Origin: the human T2T-CHM13v2.0 reference genome, Homo sapiens
Strand: one strand, 5' to 3'
Length of the DNA stretch: 64,000 bases
Assembly: GCF_009914755.1 (NCBI RefSeq)
Contig: NC_060946.1
The notes below the pieces were generated by a model. That model was not told the DNA's origin, did not search any database, and worked only from the letters and a program-made list of their open reading frames with translations. Below, in pieces: positions 1-35,308 of the stretch (position 1 is the stretch's first letter; each line of letters starts with the position of its first letter). The position numbers were made by a program, and so were the translations under genes.

Positions 1-685
1 GCAGAGGGCCTGGCAGGGGTGGTGGGAGAGGCAGCAGGGGGAAGAGCAGTCAGCAAAGTGGCTACAGAGGTCAGCAGGGAGCTCCTGAGGACCAAGGGTG
101 GCCTGGGAAGGTCTGGGGACTAGATCCTGAGGGCAGTGGGGTGGTCACTGTAGGATTTCAAGGGAGTCAGATTTGTGTTCTAGAAAGGTTGTCACCATAT
201 GGCCTGACCATATGCCAGTCTGGTTCATTACTGTTTTCCTAGCACCTAGCTCAGTGCCAGCACACAGTAGATGTTCAGTAAATGCTTTGAATCAATACAC
301 AGATGCCAGCGGTGTATCCAGAGGCAATGGTTAACTCCTGTGGGGGTCCTTCAGCTTCAGTTTCCTCCTTTGTGAACGAGGGCACTGGCACCTGCCTGGT
401 GGGCATGTTGTGATGGTGAAGGGAGCATGGCAGTTTGGGCTTGCTGTCCTGCACACGGTCAGCGCTCTGTAATGGCAGCTTTTATAAAACGTGTGGAGGA
501 TGTGCCAAGGGGAACATGGGGGCAAGGACCCTGGACAGGAGTGGTCAAGTCAGCCAGAGGAGAGAGAATAATGATGACAACAGTGACGTTGATCAAAGGC
601 TGAAGTTCTTCATGTATTTCATTCATGTCATCCTCAACACAGTGAAGGAAGACGGCACCGTAGTTATCCCTGTGTTATTTTCCAG

Positions 686-1530
686 GAGGCGGCGGCTCAG
701 AGAGGAGTGACTCGCCTGAAGCCCCGTGAACAATGCATGGTGGACGGAAGTACATGGAATGCCAGAGCCAGGCTGGTGACTAGTGCTGGTGGTGGGGACT
801 GGTCAAGGCGGCCGCCAGGGAAGGGATGTGAGGACACGGTCTAGACTGATGGACCAGATGGCGGGGGCAGGCACAGGGGGAGGGAGGTTTCCAGGACACC
901 CCTCAGTTTCTGGCCCAGGTGACCAGGTGGAAGGTCATTCCATCTCCTGAGTGAGGGACACAGCAGGACAGACAGGCTTGGGGAGGGACTGTTGGGATGT
1001 CTGGAGTCTAGGAGAGGATCCAGGCGGGGGATGGAGGGGAGGGCGGAATGAGCTCATGGGGCAAGTGGAAGGCTTGTGGGCGGTGGAAAAGCTCCAGCCC
1101 CCGGACACCTAGCCAAGGTCAAGTAATAACGACAGTAGACGTTACATAGCCTTGACTCTGTACAGACCTCATCCTGCATCCTTACGTTAACTCATTGAAC
1201 CCTCCCAACCATTATCAAATTGGAGGTACCATTATCACCCCCATTTTATAGTTGGGGAAACTGAGGCAAGAGACATTAAGTCTGCAATATTGGAATAGGC
1301 AAATCTGTAGAGAAAGGAATGTGGGTGAGTGGTGGGCTGGGGCTGGGGGCTGGGAAGGATCATGGCTAACGGGCACAGGCTTTCTTTTTTGGGTGATGAA
1401 AATATTCTAAAATGACTGTGAAAATATTGCACAACTCTGTGAACATGTGAAAACCCACTGAACTGTATGCTCTAACTGTATGAATTGTATGGTATTTGAA
1501 TTTCACCTCAATAAAGCTGTTATCAAAAAG
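686..1530 (+). other. POLR2F: Probable distal alternative terminal exon of POLR2F (adds -RRRLREE*, stop 708-710)
   Basis: Acceptor gttattttccag|G AGG CGG CGG CTC AGA GAG GAG TGA; AATAAA 1510-1515. The gene assignment relies on my recollection of long POLR2F isoforms; upstream exons are outside the window. Confidence 0.45.
1285..1530 (+). mobile_element. L1MB-like 3' end
   Basis: ggcaaatctgtagaga...gggtgatgaaaatattctaaaa...cacctcaataaagctgtt. Confidence 0.8.
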
Positions 1531-3605
1531 CAAGAGAGAGAGAAAGAGAATATTTGTACTTGGACATTTTTGCCCCTGGGTGGAGATTACTCCACCTCAG
1601 GAAGCAGTAAACCCCAACCACCAATTTTTGGAGGCTTGCTGCATATGACTTTGGGGAGGAGTTGGGGAAGGATGGGGTAGGATAGTGTCTCAACTGCTCT
1701 TCCTGGAGGAACGAGGGCCCAGCCAGCAGATCACCCAGAAGTTTGGTGCCCCAGCCCCTCCTAGAGGAACCCTGGTGTCTGCTTGGGTCCAGGAGCACAC
1801 AGTGGCTGCCTTCCTCCGGGTCCTCCTGGTCCCTGCAGGTCATGGGCTGGAGGCCCCGGAGGATCTCTGTGATGGTCACACTTGGCTCCTCCCTCCACAA
1901 CCCAACTGAGGCCGGGAGGCCCAGGGTGCCCTGGTGCCCAGGTGCCCAGGGGCTGTGACTGACCCATGGCCTGTGCCAGGATGGGCACTGTGAAGAGGCT
2001 CCAGGGACCCCCTGGGTGTGAGCCAGTGGGAGAATGAAAAGAGGAAGGAAGAAGTCTGCAGGCCTGCCCCACCCACCTGGAGGGGTCAGAGAAGGAGCCG
2101 CACTGTCCAGGAGGGTGGGGTGGCCAGCAAAGTGGCCTGGAGAGACGAGGAGGAGAGGGTTTGGGAGAGTGCCTTCCCATGCCATGGCACCTTCTCCAGA
2201 GCAGGGTCACAAGCATTCAGGAGGGAAGGAAGTGCAGACAGCTAGTAGACAGTTCTTTGGGGAAGCTGGGCTGGGAAGGGAGAAGGAGTAGAGCAATAGC
2301 TGTTCTTATTTTCTGGGCTGAGAGGAAGGAATGGGTAGAGGGGAGAAGAGCTGCTGACCACACAGAAGAGGGCTGGGCCAGTGGGAGAGGGGCTCCTGCA
2401 GAGATGGAGGGTTCTAGAGCTGGGTGGGGGCCCCCCACTCCCAGGCGGGCAGCAGGTGGGGTGAGGACTGAGAGCTGCAAAGCTGGTGGCCGGAGGGGAG
2501 GCCAAGGGGCCCTGTCCAATGGCCTCTCCTCTCTGCAATAGAGGAGGGGTGTCAGGAGTGTAGGGCTTCAGGGGGTTTACTGTCTCTACTGAAGGTCCCA
2601 GAAGAAGGAAGCCTTGGGGACCAGAAAGGGTGGGTGGTGCTGGGTGAGGGCCCACATGCCACTGCTGGGCTGTGTGGAAGGTCCCGTCTGAAACAGGGTT
2701 GTTCTTTCTCTTCTGAGAGCTCCGAGTGCTGGCCATGTGCCCCTGGCCTGGGGAGCAAGGGGCCTGTCCTCTGTGGGTTTATTTACAGCTTTTCAGAGGT
2801 GCCCCTGCCTGGTCCTGGGCAACTTGTCATCAGCGCACCTGGTGTGGATACTGAGGAGAACTGAGAGAGGCTAGGTAGCTCCCGGTGCTTCCCCAGGCCC
2901 CCAGCCCCATCCCTCAGCTGAGGACTGCACCTTCCTCTCCCACCCAGGCTGTACCTGTCACTGCCCTCCACTCCACCAGGCTCAGCACACAGTAGGGCCT
3001 TAGTCAGTTTGCCCTTATGCCTGTATGCTCTGGGCAGATTCAAAGCACTTTCCCCTAATTACCCACAGGGCGCCATCTCTCCACCACTACCCCTATGCAC
3101 ACACACTCCCATTGGGGCTGGGGAGAGTTCCCCCGACCCTGGACCCAAATCAGGCACTTCGACCTGAGCGAGCCCCTCCTGTGCCTCATTGACCCACTCG
3201 AAGTCCATTTATTCTTCCTTTTGACACAGTCCTGATGCCTTGGGTGCTTCCATTTCCTAGGCTGGAGGTGAATTAGAAAGATGCATGGGAGGAGAGAGGG
3301 CCCAGGAAGAGAGAAGACAGGTGGTAAGTTGGTTTTGTCGATAACATTTGCAGCCAAATTTCAAGGGAGGCCCTAGAGCCACTGTATAACACAGACGTGA
3401 CACCTATGGGGCGCTTGTTGAAGGACACGCGGATGCTCTGCTGGTTTGGTGGCTGTGATGACTTCATGCAAATGGAAGCTACATTTGTATGACACTTTGT
3501 TAAAGCAAATTAGGTATAAATAAAGATTCATGCCCAAAGATCTGTATTGCGATGTGTCTAATTGTGAATAACTGGCCACAACCTTAATCAACAGTAGAGG
3601 ATTAC

Positions 3606-3935
<330 letters not shown>

Positions 3936-4113
3936 TCATAGCACAATCCTGAGACAGAATATGACACAGCCACTAAAAATGATGCCTATGAGGATTTTTT
4001 TTTTTTGTAGCACCAGGAGGAACTTAGGGCCACAAGTGTGTTTGAAGGGTCAATGGTCAATGCCACACAAGTAACAAACTAACTGCCGAGTCTAAACATC
4101 TTAACATCTTACT

Positions 4114-4812
<699 letters not shown>

Positions 4813-4937
4813 TGATTCTCACAGCTGGTTTTAGTCTATGCCTTTGCATATGCTGTTCCCTCTGCCTGGAATACCTTTCCCTGCTGTCCCCATCTACTTT
4901 GGTCTAACTTCTACTCCCCCTTTAAGAATCAGCCCCA

Positions 4938-5486
4938 CAGGAAGATTGCTTGAGCCTAAGAGTTTGAGACCAGCCTGGGCAATGTAGTGAGACCTCATCT
5001 CTCCAAAAAAATTAAAAAATTAACTGGGTGTGGTGGCACACACCTGTGGTCTCAGCTACTTGGGGGGTTGAAGTGGGAAGATTGCTTGAGCCTGGGAGGT
5101 CAAGCCTGTAGTGAGCCGATATTGTGCCACTGAACTCCAGTATGGGAGACAGAGCAAGACTTTTTCTCAAAAATAAATAAATAATAAAAAATAAGGCCAG
5201 GCACGGTGGCTCATGCCTGTAATCCCAGCACTTTGGGAGGCTGAGGTGGGCAGATCATCTGAGGTCAGGAGTTTGAGACCAGCCTGGCCAACATGGTGAA
5301 ACCCGTCTCTACTAAAAATACAAAAAATTGGCCGGGCGTGGTGGTAGCTACGTAGGAGGCTGGAGGCAGGAGAATCGCTGGAACCCAGGAGGCAGAGGTT
5401 GCAGTGAGCTGAGATTGTGCCACTGCACTGCAGCCTGGGTGACAGAACGAGACTCTGTCTCAAAAAAAAAAAGAAAAAGAAAAAAT
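4938..5486 (+). mobile_element. 5'-truncated AluJ (4938-5193) plus AluS (5195-5486)
   Basis: Alu consensus; TSD aatcagcccca flanks the pair. Confidence 0.93.
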
Positions 5487-6529
5487 AATCAGCCCCAGCA
5501 TCTTCTCCTCCTGGAAGCCTCCCTGGCTTGCTGGCTCGGCTGGGGTTCCCTTTTCTGGTACCCCCTATTCCTCCGTTATAATTTTTGGTTGACATGCTGA
5601 TCCTCCACTTCCAGCCTGTGAGTCCCTCGAGGGAGAGACTGTGTCTGCTTTGCCTCCATGTCCCCGTGCTGGCCCCATCCTGGCACATCTGGGCAGGACG
5701 TCACACGACCTGGTTCTATTCCTGGTCATGTTCCTGCCCAAGCCACCCCTTCGGTTTCCCCATCCAAAATGTGGGAGAGCTGGGCTTCGCCAGGTCACTT
5801 CTGAGGGTACAATTGTCCAGAAGATGGACAGGGCTGGCGTGGCCCAGGCCTGTGCCAGGCGCCCAAGATTGATGGTTGAGGGCCATGGGCAGTTCCCTCG
5901 GTCAGCAGCCCCCTCCGTGGCTCCCTGTAGCCCCATGTAGAGAATGGGGTGGGTGTAGAGAGGGGGCGGAGGGCTGCATGCCAGGGCCTCAGCAGACCAG
6001 ACCCCACCAAAGAGGCTAGCCTGGCACCCCCCAGCAGGAAGGTGGCCCCCAATGGTTATCAAAGGCCAGCGGGGCCCCTCCCTCCAAGGATGAAGGGGTG
6101 TCCCTGACAAGCAGGGCCATCCGTCAGCCCTGGGCACAATGGGGTCATTAACCCCTGACCCCAGCTCCTTTTTAGCCACTTCCTCTGAGGGCTGAGTGTG
6201 TGGGGCTGAGAAGAACAGAGCCTCGCTTTTCAGCGAGGGGCTGAGGAGCAATGGCTGCTTGGCTGGTCCCAGGCTCTCTAGCTCCCAACCCCTGAGGCTC
6301 CCTCGGAGGCCTGGGGGAGCCTCCCACTCTCTGTCCCCTGAGAGGGCACCCCCTTGGCCAACCACCCTCAAGCCAAAGCAGTGTGTATGGGGAGGGACAG
6401 ATAGAGACCCTGAGAAAGAGACAGAGACCGGGAGAGAGGGAAGCCGAGGTGGGCAGATCATCAGAGACAGACACTTGAGACCTGAGACGGCTCCTTTCCC
6501 TTTACAAAGTGCACTCACAGGAAAATCAT

Positions 6530-9620
<3,091 letters not shown>

Positions 9621-11177
9621 ACAGACCAACGCACACAGGGATACTGAAGGTCGGGGCGTGGCAGGCGAGGAGAAAGGAAGGACCAGGCGCATTCACATCA
9701 GTTTCACCTGCTGTCTGTCCTCATCCCTCTCCTCTAGGCTGGCCTTGCTCTTCGCGTCCCAAGACCCCATTCCACACTGAGGTCACTGAGGCTCAGAGGG
9801 GGCCAGTGACACCCAAGGTCTTCTGGCTCTGGTCCCCGGCTCTTTCCAAAGTGTGGTCCCACCAGCCTTCCCCGCCTGTGTCTGAATCATGGGCCTCCAA
9901 CCCACTAAGGTCCCAAAGATTCAGAACCTCTGAGGGAGGGGTGGGGATGGGGTGTTGCAGCATCTACAAGAGAAATAGCTTCCCACTTGAGTTTGAGAAC
10001 CCTGACCAAGGGAGAGGGAGGAGAGAGAGAGGGCGAGCGCAATGAGCCAGCCACTGTGCTGCCAGGGTGGGGAACAATCAGGCTCTGTCCCTCTCCTCCC
10101 CATCCCCCTGGGCTCCCACCAGCTTTCATCACTGACCTAACCCGGGGGCAGGGCACATGGGGGGTGGGGGTGGAGGGGAGGGCAGAGGTCAGCCCATTAC
10201 ACGCCCAGCCGAGCCAGGAATAGAACCACTTTGGGGGTGGCTGGGGGGACTTGGGGCCCCACGGAAGCCCACCTCCCACCTTTGGCTGGAGGCAGCTGAC
10301 TGGAGGAGGCAGTGGAGAAGAGAGGAGATAGCTGCCCTGTACCCCAAGGGTGGTGAGAGCCAGGGATCCATCAAAGCTAAGAACAGGCTTCCAGAAGGAT
10401 GCGGATGCCCCTGAGCCACACTAACCCCCTCCCTCGCCTCCACTGCTGCCACCCTAGTGGGAGACACTTTCCTGTCCCAAGAGGAAGGTGACCCTCGTGA
10501 CCCGCTGTCCTCAGGGCTGGCCCACCCCGCCAGGCCTCCCTTCTGCTGCCCCAACCCAGCTTCCCAGTGGTTCGGCCCCTGGGTCCTGTCCCCACCTTGC
10601 TTCAGACTCAGGGGGTGGTGTTCCCATCCCCACCAATGGGCCCCCCTGTCTCCCTCAGCCTGTCTATGGTAGCCAGGGGCCTCCAGGCAAACACAAGTCT
10701 GACTGCCCTTTCCCTTCCCGGCTAGAGTCTTCTGTGGCTCCTCAGTGCCAGGCAGATCAAGTCTGGGGTTCTGATGCCAGCACTTGAGGCCTCTGCTATC
10801 TCTGGCCACTGCCTGGTATCTGGCCTCCTACTTTTGATGACACAGTTATTCATTCATTTAACAGACAGGTGTTGAGTGTCAACCCATGCTAGCCAGTGTG
10901 CTAGGTGCTGGGGACAGAGATGTGACCTGGATGGGCCAGGTTTCTGCCCACAGGGACCTGGCTGTCTGTAGAAAACAGACCAGAGACTGGTTAGCAAGCA
11001 AGCGCAGGCCCCATCACCAGCCACTCTGCAGGCATCTGTGACAAGAGGGGGATAAGAACACAGGACTGGCCCCTGCTGGCTGCACCACCTCTTCTCAGGC
11101 CGCTTGAGGGTGACAGTGCACACCTGCCGCAGAAACGCCCTGCTGCTTCCTCCTGGGTGTCCCTGAGCACTTCCTCA

Positions 11178-11693
<516 letters not shown>

Positions 11694-12780
11694 TCACCAC
11701 ACTGCTGTGAGGCTCATGTGAGGAAGGGAATGGAAGCTGCTCGGTTCTGGGCCTGTGCACAGAAGGCACCCAGCCTTAGCTGCCCGGGTCACTGTCGTCT
11801 GCTTGACCTGAAAGCCCACACTCTAAATGTCTATGTTGACGACGAACTGAGCTGAATTCCAGCAACCCACTCCGGCTTCTGGACCTTTAAGTAAGGAGGA
11901 TTGCAGGCCTGGGCTGGGGGACAGCGGTGGCTGCAGAGCGGACAGCCAGGCACAACGCGGGCATGCACAAGACCAGCTCACCCGTCCACAAAGTATACAG
12001 ACCCCTGAGCTCCACGGCAGCCCTGAGTCAGCAGGTGGCGACAGTGGCAGGTGCGGAAAGCTGGGGGCTCTGTGGCGGGCCGCGTGCTCCAGGAGCTGTC
12101 TTTCCTAATGGCCACCGGGTGGCAGCACTTCCCCAGGAATGTGGGCAGCAGAGCCAGCCCTTGTGGATTGAATCTCAGACGGAGCCACAGGGATGGAAGC
12201 TTGGAGGGGACCCAGACCCAGGGTCACACAACTTTCAGTGGCAGGGCCAGGCCAGGACAGAGGTCACTTGCCTTGGCGCCTGGACGGACTCAGGAGTAGC
12301 CTCAGGGGAGGAGGAGATGCGAGCTGAAGAGGGAGGGTGTGAGCCGCCGCCCTAGCTCAGCCTCCTGGGAGTAGGTGGGTGTCCTCACCCTGATTTCAAC
12401 CCCTAGAATCCTACCCATCCTGAGGAAGGGGCTCTACCCAGCCCTCCCCTCTGAGGCCCTTGCCTGTCGCTGCCCCCAACTGTCTCCCTCGCCAGACTGC
12501 GATTCCCAGGGGCCTGGGACTGTGCCTTGTCCCCTCCACCACCCGCCACGGGAAGCCTTTGCACCTTTCCCTCTTTCCCTTTGCCTGCCTCAGCCTGGGC
12601 ACCACCAGCACCTCCTCCAGGAAGCCTTCGCTGGCCTTTGGTTGGGCAGGAGCCCCTCCTCCGGGCCCACGCAACACCCTGGATTATCTGGGATGGTGAG
12701 GCCCTGGGGACACGGATTGCTGGTGCCTCGCACAGGCCCACCTCAGTGTGCACAGACACTGCATGTTCTCACCTCTGGCA

Positions 12781-12945
12781 CAGTGGTCCTCAAACCGCAG
12801 CAGGCATTGGCATCACCCACAGAGCGTTGCGAAAATGCAGCCCCCAAGATCTCCCCTTCCCCAGAGATTCCAATCCAACAGGTCTAAGCTGGAGCCCAGG
12901 GATCTGCATTTAAGACACTTCCCAGCCAAGTCTGATGCAGAGGCC
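12781..12945. mobile_element. MER5A-like hAT DNA transposon relic
   Basis: cagtggtcctcaaac...catcacc...cccagagattc...ggatctgcatttaa...tctgatgcag. Confidence 0.7.
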
Positions 12946-13116
12946 TGAGCATCTTAGGGTTCATGAAATGCACCATCGGCCCCGACCTCTGCAGGGGTTC
13001 AGCAAAATAACTATAAACAGAAGGACGATAAAAACCTCTGACATCTGTGCTCTGTGAATCACTCGCAAAACACTTTCACACCTGGTTCTCCTTTTTTGTC
13101 TTCCCCTTTTAATTAA

Positions 13117-15674
<2,558 letters not shown>

Positions 15675-16649
15675 TAGACTGCTGCTTTTTGAAACCAAAA
15701 TTCTGGCCTGGAAACAGAGCTTGGTTTTCCCAGCCCCAGCCCTGCCGCTATGATACCAGAGGAAGAGGCTTCCCAGGGCCTCCGTTTCCTTGCCTGCACA
15801 ATGTGGCTGGCAAGATTTGGTCTTCTCTCACAGGGTGGTGGTGAGCTTTCAAATCCTGTGAAAGTGATCTGACAGGAGAGCAGTGGACACGTGGGAAGGC
15901 TGTTATTGTCACGGCATTCTGCACATCTGTCCGGACTCAATTAGCCACCTAAGGAGAGAGTAGGGCGGGGCTTCCACCGGCGGTGGGATATGTGGATAAT
16001 CATCCTTCTGTATCTTTCTTCCATGGCTCCTGGGGCAGCTGGGGAAGCAAGCTGGATGGGCCTGGCCCCATGCTGCCGGATGAGGTGGATGCCTGGCTAT
16101 GGCTCTGGGAGAGCCAACCTCCCCCAGGGAACCCACTTTACACAATAGCAGTGGCAGCAGAGGCTGGCGAGGAGACAAGATTCGGACTCTGGGGAGCACT
16201 GATAGCATTTCCCGAGCCTCAGGTACATGCGGACCGTGACCCTCCCTGGGACCCCAGGGGGGCTGCTCCTCAGGACTAAGGAAGGAGGAGGGGGTGTGAG
16301 AAACCTTTCACCATATACCATAGAAAGCATTTACCTCAATGGCCTTGGTTTACATATGGGGAAACTGAGGCACATAAAGGGAAGGGAGCATGTCCAGTCT
16401 GTCCTTAATAGCAAGACCCACTGAATACACCTCTCCTGGCTCTCTGTTTAGTGTTTGGACGTTCAAAGATCCCTAGACTAGGCGGCGGGAGTTTCAGGGC
16501 CACGATCCAGATCTTACACCAACTGTGTGTGGCCCCGCACAAAATCACTCCCCGCTCTTTGGCACTTAAGTTGGCGAAACTGGGATGGGCTGGGACCTCA
16601 AAGGGCCATTCTAGTAGGGGAGTCACAGGCCCAGGTGGTGAAGGGGTGA

Positions 16650-17210
16650 AAGGGCATGATGTCTTGGGGTTTATAGTCCACTGAGCCTCGCCGGAGGTAA
16701 CCCCGGCTCAGGGATGCTTTCGTTGCCATGGCAACCGCCGGGCCGGCGCGGGCCCCTGAGTGCAGCTGAGGAAGCTGGGACAAACCCTGCCCTTCCCAAG
16801 ATGGCGGCGGCGGCAGGGCAAAGGCGGGGTTAGACGCTGTCAGCCTGTCCAGACCGTTCCTCTGTTTTCGCTTGTTCCTACTAACAGCGAGCTTCCGCCA
16901 ATACTTGTTCTCGTTCTTGGTTCCGAGCGTCCCGGGAGCCGGGAAGGGAAGGATTGTCTGCAGGGATTGGAGCAAATATCCAGTGGGGGGAAAGCCGGGA
17001 CTTCCGCGTCTTGCCGGAAGTGACGTGACAATCGCGGCCACCGCCAGGTGGAACGGCAGGTGGGTTCAGGTACCAGCCTGGCCGGGACCCGGCTGTGGGA
17101 CCAACGCTTCCGGTGAGCGACAGAGGCAGCTCCCCAGGGCCTGGAGACCCGTGGGGCGGACTCTGGGATCTGAGCCTATCGCCCTGGCCTGGAGCCCCCC
17201 TTTGTACCTA
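16650..17210 (+). promoter_or_regulatory. PICK1: PICK1 CpG-island promoter and non-coding first exon with alternative donors (17059, 17069, 17210)
   Basis: CpG dense; X-box GTTGCCATGGCAAC 16722-16735; YY1 CAAGATGGCGGC 16797-16808; ETS-CRE CCGGAAGTGACGT 17014-17026; donors cag|gtgggt, cag|gtacca, cta|gtaaga. Confidence 0.85.
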
Positions 17211-17434
17211 GTAAGAATCACCTACCCAGCCCCCCACCCGGAGACTGTCCCATCCCACTCCAGAGGGGAAGAGGAGGGCACTGCTGTCCCGTATGAGGGT
17301 GGTGGAGGGAGGGGTGGCGTTGGCATTTAGGCACTTGGGTTCCTTAAATCCTATGCTCCTTTCTCTCCCGGATCCAGTTCCCCATTCCCCTACCGAGCTG
17401 GGCAGTTAGCCAGCCCACTCCAACTCTCGGAACC

Positions 17435-34758
<17,324 letters not shown>

Positions 34759-35302
34759 GTGCCCCGCGGCTGTGGTGCCGGGGGCAGGGTGCGTGGGAGG
34801 ACGGAGCCTGGGAGCGGGGCGGGGCCGCCGCGCAAGGGGGCGACGCATAAAGGCCTGCTGGCTTGGGGCGCCTGCCTCCCTGCTCCTCTGTCCTCGCACA
34901 GCGAACCTGGGCTCCTGCCCAGGACAGGCACCAGGGTCATGGCCTGGGACCTGGACACTGGCCCCTCCACCCTCCCTCCCCTCCCGGCTCCCCGGCCAGA
35001 GGGAGAGCTTGGTCTCTGGACCTGCCTTAGGAAGGAGAGGGAGGGCAGGAAGGAAAAGAAAGGACTTGGAGGTGGCAGGAGTCCGAGCCCTGCTCCTTGT
35101 GGGCGCTCACACTGCCCCCGGAGCCTGCTGGGAGTGGGGCCAGCCGTGGACAGCTGAGGTTGGGGTCAATGCCTCCTGGGCACCCTTGCCTCGCCCCAGA
35201 CCGGCCCGTCCAGTCCCCATCACACCTCGGCGGCCTTTATTTATTCTGTTCCCCCAGCTCGGCCACTTCTCTGAAGGAGGGCTGGGTTCTGGGCCTGTAT
35301 CG

Positions 35303-35308
35303 AATAAA
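35303..35308 (+). terminator. PICK1: PICK1 polyadenylation signal
   Basis: AATAAA 545 nt after the stop, with U-rich tttatttatt upstream. Confidence 0.85.

Noticed and set aside
1523-3357. Stack of overlapping 60-220 aa ORFs
   Set aside because: Open on both strands in several frames, low-complexity composition, no family motifs.
4047-4059. DR1 nuclear-receptor element GGGTCAaTGGTCA
   Set aside because: Isolated between repeats with no supporting context; expected by chance.
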